Under the pieces are notes generated by a model. The model did no database searches and was not told the origin of the DNA. It saw only the letters and a program-made list of their open reading frames with translations. This document shows, piece after piece, positions 61,401-64,000 of a DNA stretch of 64,000 nucleotides. Source of the DNA: Phoronis australis (taxonomy: Eukaryota > Animalia > Phoronida); contig NMRA01000101.1 in assembly GCA_002633005.1 (NCBI GenBank), positions 434,001-498,000 of the forward strand, written 5' to 3'. Position 1 is the first letter of the stretch; each line of letters opens with the position of its first letter. The translations under genes were made by a program, and so were the position numbers.

Positions 61401-62797
61401 AAAATTTCATATCAACACATGTAACATAAACACAGAAAATTTTTTAATTTTTAATTTAGTGATTAAAATTGTTAATTATGAATTCTCTGAACTACAATTT
61501 GCATGGAGAACATGAAAATTAATGGCTCAATGCACACCCTGCAGCTGACATGTAGAGAAAACTGCAACATGATTGCGCACCCTATGACCAGCCTTCCATT
61601 AAAACACATGTGATGCATTATGGTTGCCTACCCCAAGATCCCCCCATTAAAACACACCGTCTTCTAGTCTAGTCCTACAGAACACGTGGCCTCGCAGGAC
61701 ACCTGGACATGGGAGGTCTAGTTGAAGACTGACTCACCTCCCTCTTCATCACTACTTTCGTGAAAAAGGAACGCTTTCTTCTTCTTTTCTATTGGTGCTA
61801 CCTCTGCCTCTTTAGCTTTGATTGAGAAGCTGATGGCTTTGGGTGCTATCTTGCAGTTCTCATCTTGCAGCAGTGTCAGAATTTCCTGAGGAAATTAAAA
61901 TTACTTTTCAGTGCAGGAAAACTCTGGGGAGATAAAACAAGTCATAGCACAAGTCCATCAACTCACCCTTATTCTACTTCTCTAGCAACTACAGAGTCCT
62001 ATAATGGTGGTGCAAAGGAGATTAACAAATGATGAAGTAGCTGCCAACAAGATGAAATCATGCAAGAGTTATAAGTGATGGTATAATGTACACGAGACCA
62101 AAGGGTTGGGAGCTGGGCTATGAACGTCTCCACAGATGGAGTATTCCATATTCAAGTAACACAAAAGCTGTTTATTCAGGATAAAACCTATTTTCAAATA
62201 TACAACTGATATCTCTTTGTGTCCAGATAAAAAAGAAAATATCAAAAATGTAACAGTTAACAAGACTATAAATCTGCAGTGATTTTAATCTCGTTTTTTT
62301 ATTTTTTTAATCATTTGAGGGGATTTTTTGATTCTGACGAGGGGATTTATGCCAGATTTTTTACTCTTTTCCTAGATGAGGTCCAATATTCAACCCAAAA
62401 ACCTGCCCTGCAGGTGTTCACATTTCTTGAAGTGTGTACACTGCCTAATGTTATGAGGACCAAGCATAACTTGAACTCTGTGAATAATAAATTGATCACA
62501 GAACACAGCAGTGTACATACCTGATGGCCCCCATGGAAAGCAGCGTGAACTGATATTACATTAATAATAATAACAATAATAACCTGAGCAAGACTTTTCT
62601 TCTTCTGTTCATAATACCCATTATGAGGATGCCATGGATTGAGAAATTCAAACCGAGGGTCATTTTGTGACTTGACTTGACCTTCAAACTGCAGGCCTTC
62701 CTTGATCACGTAGCCAGCCATCCTGTCTATAACCGGCTTTTGATCTGGAGGAGGCGGGATCACTTGTGGCCCGATGGTGGCTACACCCAGGTCCAAG
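55377..62797 (-). CDS. SFSWAP: Splicing factor SWAP (suppressor of white-apricot homolog); 3' nine exons, gene continues beyond the window end
   Basis: SURP domain, [35 protein letters not shown] region and C-terminal [13 protein letters not shown] all fit SFSWAP; GT-AG introns with consistent phases. Confidence 0.93.
55684..55732 (-). CDS. SFSWAP: SFSWAP penultimate exon
   Basis: ttacag|(D)[16 protein letters not shown]|gtatca; the only candidate I found that bridges phase 2 to phase 0. Confidence 0.7.
56287..56421 (-). CDS. SFSWAP: SFSWAP exon
   Basis: tttcag|[19 protein letters not shown]...ERPTE|gtaagt; open, phase 2 to 2. Confidence 0.8.
56637..57148. mobile_element. hAT-like MITE with 13-bp TIR and 6-bp TSD
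   Basis: cagata|CAGGGCTTGGAAT ... ATTCCAAGCCCTG|cagata. Confidence 0.88.
57253..57407 (+). repeat. 46-bp tandem repeat, ~3.3 units
   Basis: Unit gtcacatgacactgacagtgatcccgtcaacagtcaagtcattgat. Confidence 0.92.
57547..57813 (-). CDS. SFSWAP: SFSWAP RS-domain exon
   Basis: ttgaag|[20 protein letters not shown]...SRSRR...RSRSSRS...|gtaaac; open frame. Confidence 0.88.
58697..58967 (-). CDS. SFSWAP: SFSWAP RS-domain exon
   Basis: ttctag|GHDQPHSR...[12 protein letters not shown]...[10 protein letters not shown]|gtaggt. Confidence 0.9.
60204..60356 (-). CDS. SFSWAP: SFSWAP exon (conserved helical block)
   Basis: ttttag|[42 protein letters not shown]..|gtagtt. Confidence 0.94.
60573..60659 (-). 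CDS. SFSWAP: SFSWAP exon
   Basis: ttttag|[29 protein letters not shown]|gtatgt; phase 1 to 1. Confidence 0.78.
61738..61885 (-). CDS. SFSWAP: SFSWAP exon
   Basis: cctcag|[49 protein letters not shown]|gtgagt. Confidence 0.88.
62584..62797 (-). CDS. SFSWAP: SFSWAP SURP-domain exon
   Basis: ttgcag|..[55 protein letters not shown]; donor gttatt is weak, and an alternative in-frame donor gtatgt would extend the exon to 62521. Confidence 0.92.
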
Positions 62798-63332
62798 CTG
62801 CAATGAAAACACAAGAACAATACAAACATAATCAAGACAGAAATGGCAGACAGTGCACAACAAACAGCATGTTTCTAGGAATATAGGTTTAAAGAAGGTA
62901 CAAGGAGGCAACAAAATTGACCACAAGTTGTTGCAACAATCAAAATTGACATAAAAATGTTGTTACCTCACCACCAAACTAATAGTTTAAAAATCTAACA
63001 TTTTTCTACATTTTTTAACAAAGAAGTAAATGAAAGTGCTTTGAGGAGCACACTTGACGAAATCTTATGAACTGGAGGCCAACGACGAAAGTAAGAACAC
63101 CACTGATTACTGCGACAACCAGGATAACAAAAGCGACCATGCCATCACCATTAGGGCCGTCTCGCATTACACAGCGACACTCGAATCTTGCTGTATTTAC
63201 CCACAATGCTGTAAACATCTGCCAAGCACATTTGCTGCCTCGGTTTCATGCCACTGGAGTTTCACATGTTATTTGTTGTTGTCTAATTCTTTACAAGTTT
63301 TTCTCGGTTGCATTAGTATATTCGTTCTTCCA

Positions 63333-63715
63333 ATGCCAACGAAGTATTACTGCTGTTCCGTCGGCTGCCACTCTGACGGGAAAAGTTTGATAAACTGAAC
63401 AAATACCCGTTGATGTGTGATCTGAAATTCTTCACTTTCCCCGACATCAATGAGACACGAAAATGTGCCTGTTTTCCAAAACTAGAACACACGCTTTCTT
63501 ATCTCCGGGACAAAGGAGAGTTCTATCGTCATATAATCTGGGACGGCCCAATTCAATAACACTAACGATAAGGAGACAAGACTGCATATCACAATGAGGT
63601 CACCGCCAGTGAAGACACCACCTACAGCGATGATGAAAATGATGCTACTGCCAATGTAGACAACAATTCTCCAATAACATTGGGAGCCAACAACAACATT
63701 ACTTAATGATGTTAA
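63333..63715 (+). pseudogene. Frameshifted THAP-domain relic (transposon-derived), antisense within an SFSWAP intron
   Basis: MPTKYYCCSVGCHSDGK/-FDKLNKYPLMCDLKFFTFPD: C-x4-C...FF-x-FP N-terminal THAP pattern, followed by an acidic tract with stops. Confidence 0.55.
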
Positions 63716-64000
63716 CATTGAAGCAATGATAACTAGGACACAGATACCACCAAAACTATGCGAACCACAAAAAGAATACTGGCAAGACAACGATGCATGC
63801 AGTGCCTACATCAACAACATCGTTGACACCGCAGCAGACGCCACTTGACAACCAAAATGTCACTGACTCCAGTGATGAAAGCGGCTCTTGTCCAAACCAC
63901 AACAACCCCACCCGGTCTCCTCACTCTGAAAAAGTTGCTTTTCAGGTTTCACAAAAATATCAAATATTTAATGTTATACACATGTGGGAGAACGAGAGTT

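Noticed and set aside
63482-63790. Hydrophobic 102-aa minus-strand ORF as a membrane protein
   Set aside because: Hydrophobicity is the expected antisense reading of the A/C-rich THAP relic on the plus strand.

Overview
AT-rich animal (probably invertebrate) nuclear DNA with spliced genes; no prokaryotic features and no CRISPR array. Three genes are supported by hand-spliced exons. (1) The last two exons of a glycoside hydrolase family 1 (lactase/beta-glucosidase-like) gene, + strand, 644-2210. (2) A complete 13-exon mitochondrial proline dehydrogenase (PRODH), + strand, 18934-50714; the exons sum to 1854 nt (617 aa + stop). (3) The last nine exons of the SURP/RS splicing regulator SFSWAP, - strand, 62797-55377, convergent with PRODH. 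PRODH exons 1-2 and flanks also occur in an upstream copy lying entirely between two N gaps (6034, 11705), most likely an uncollapsed haplotype. Introns carry many transposon relics (Kolobok, hAT, Harbinger, a Crypton-like hairpin element, Tx1/L1, CR1/L2, tRNA-derived SINEs) and minisatellites. The most unusual signals are a 66-bp minisatellite that multiplies the PRODH exon-4 splice donor ten times, a Kolobok deletion derivative inserted into that array, and a candidate poison/micro-exon in SFSWAP. I found no clearly novel multi-gene system. All family calls come from motif recognition by eye, not database searches.
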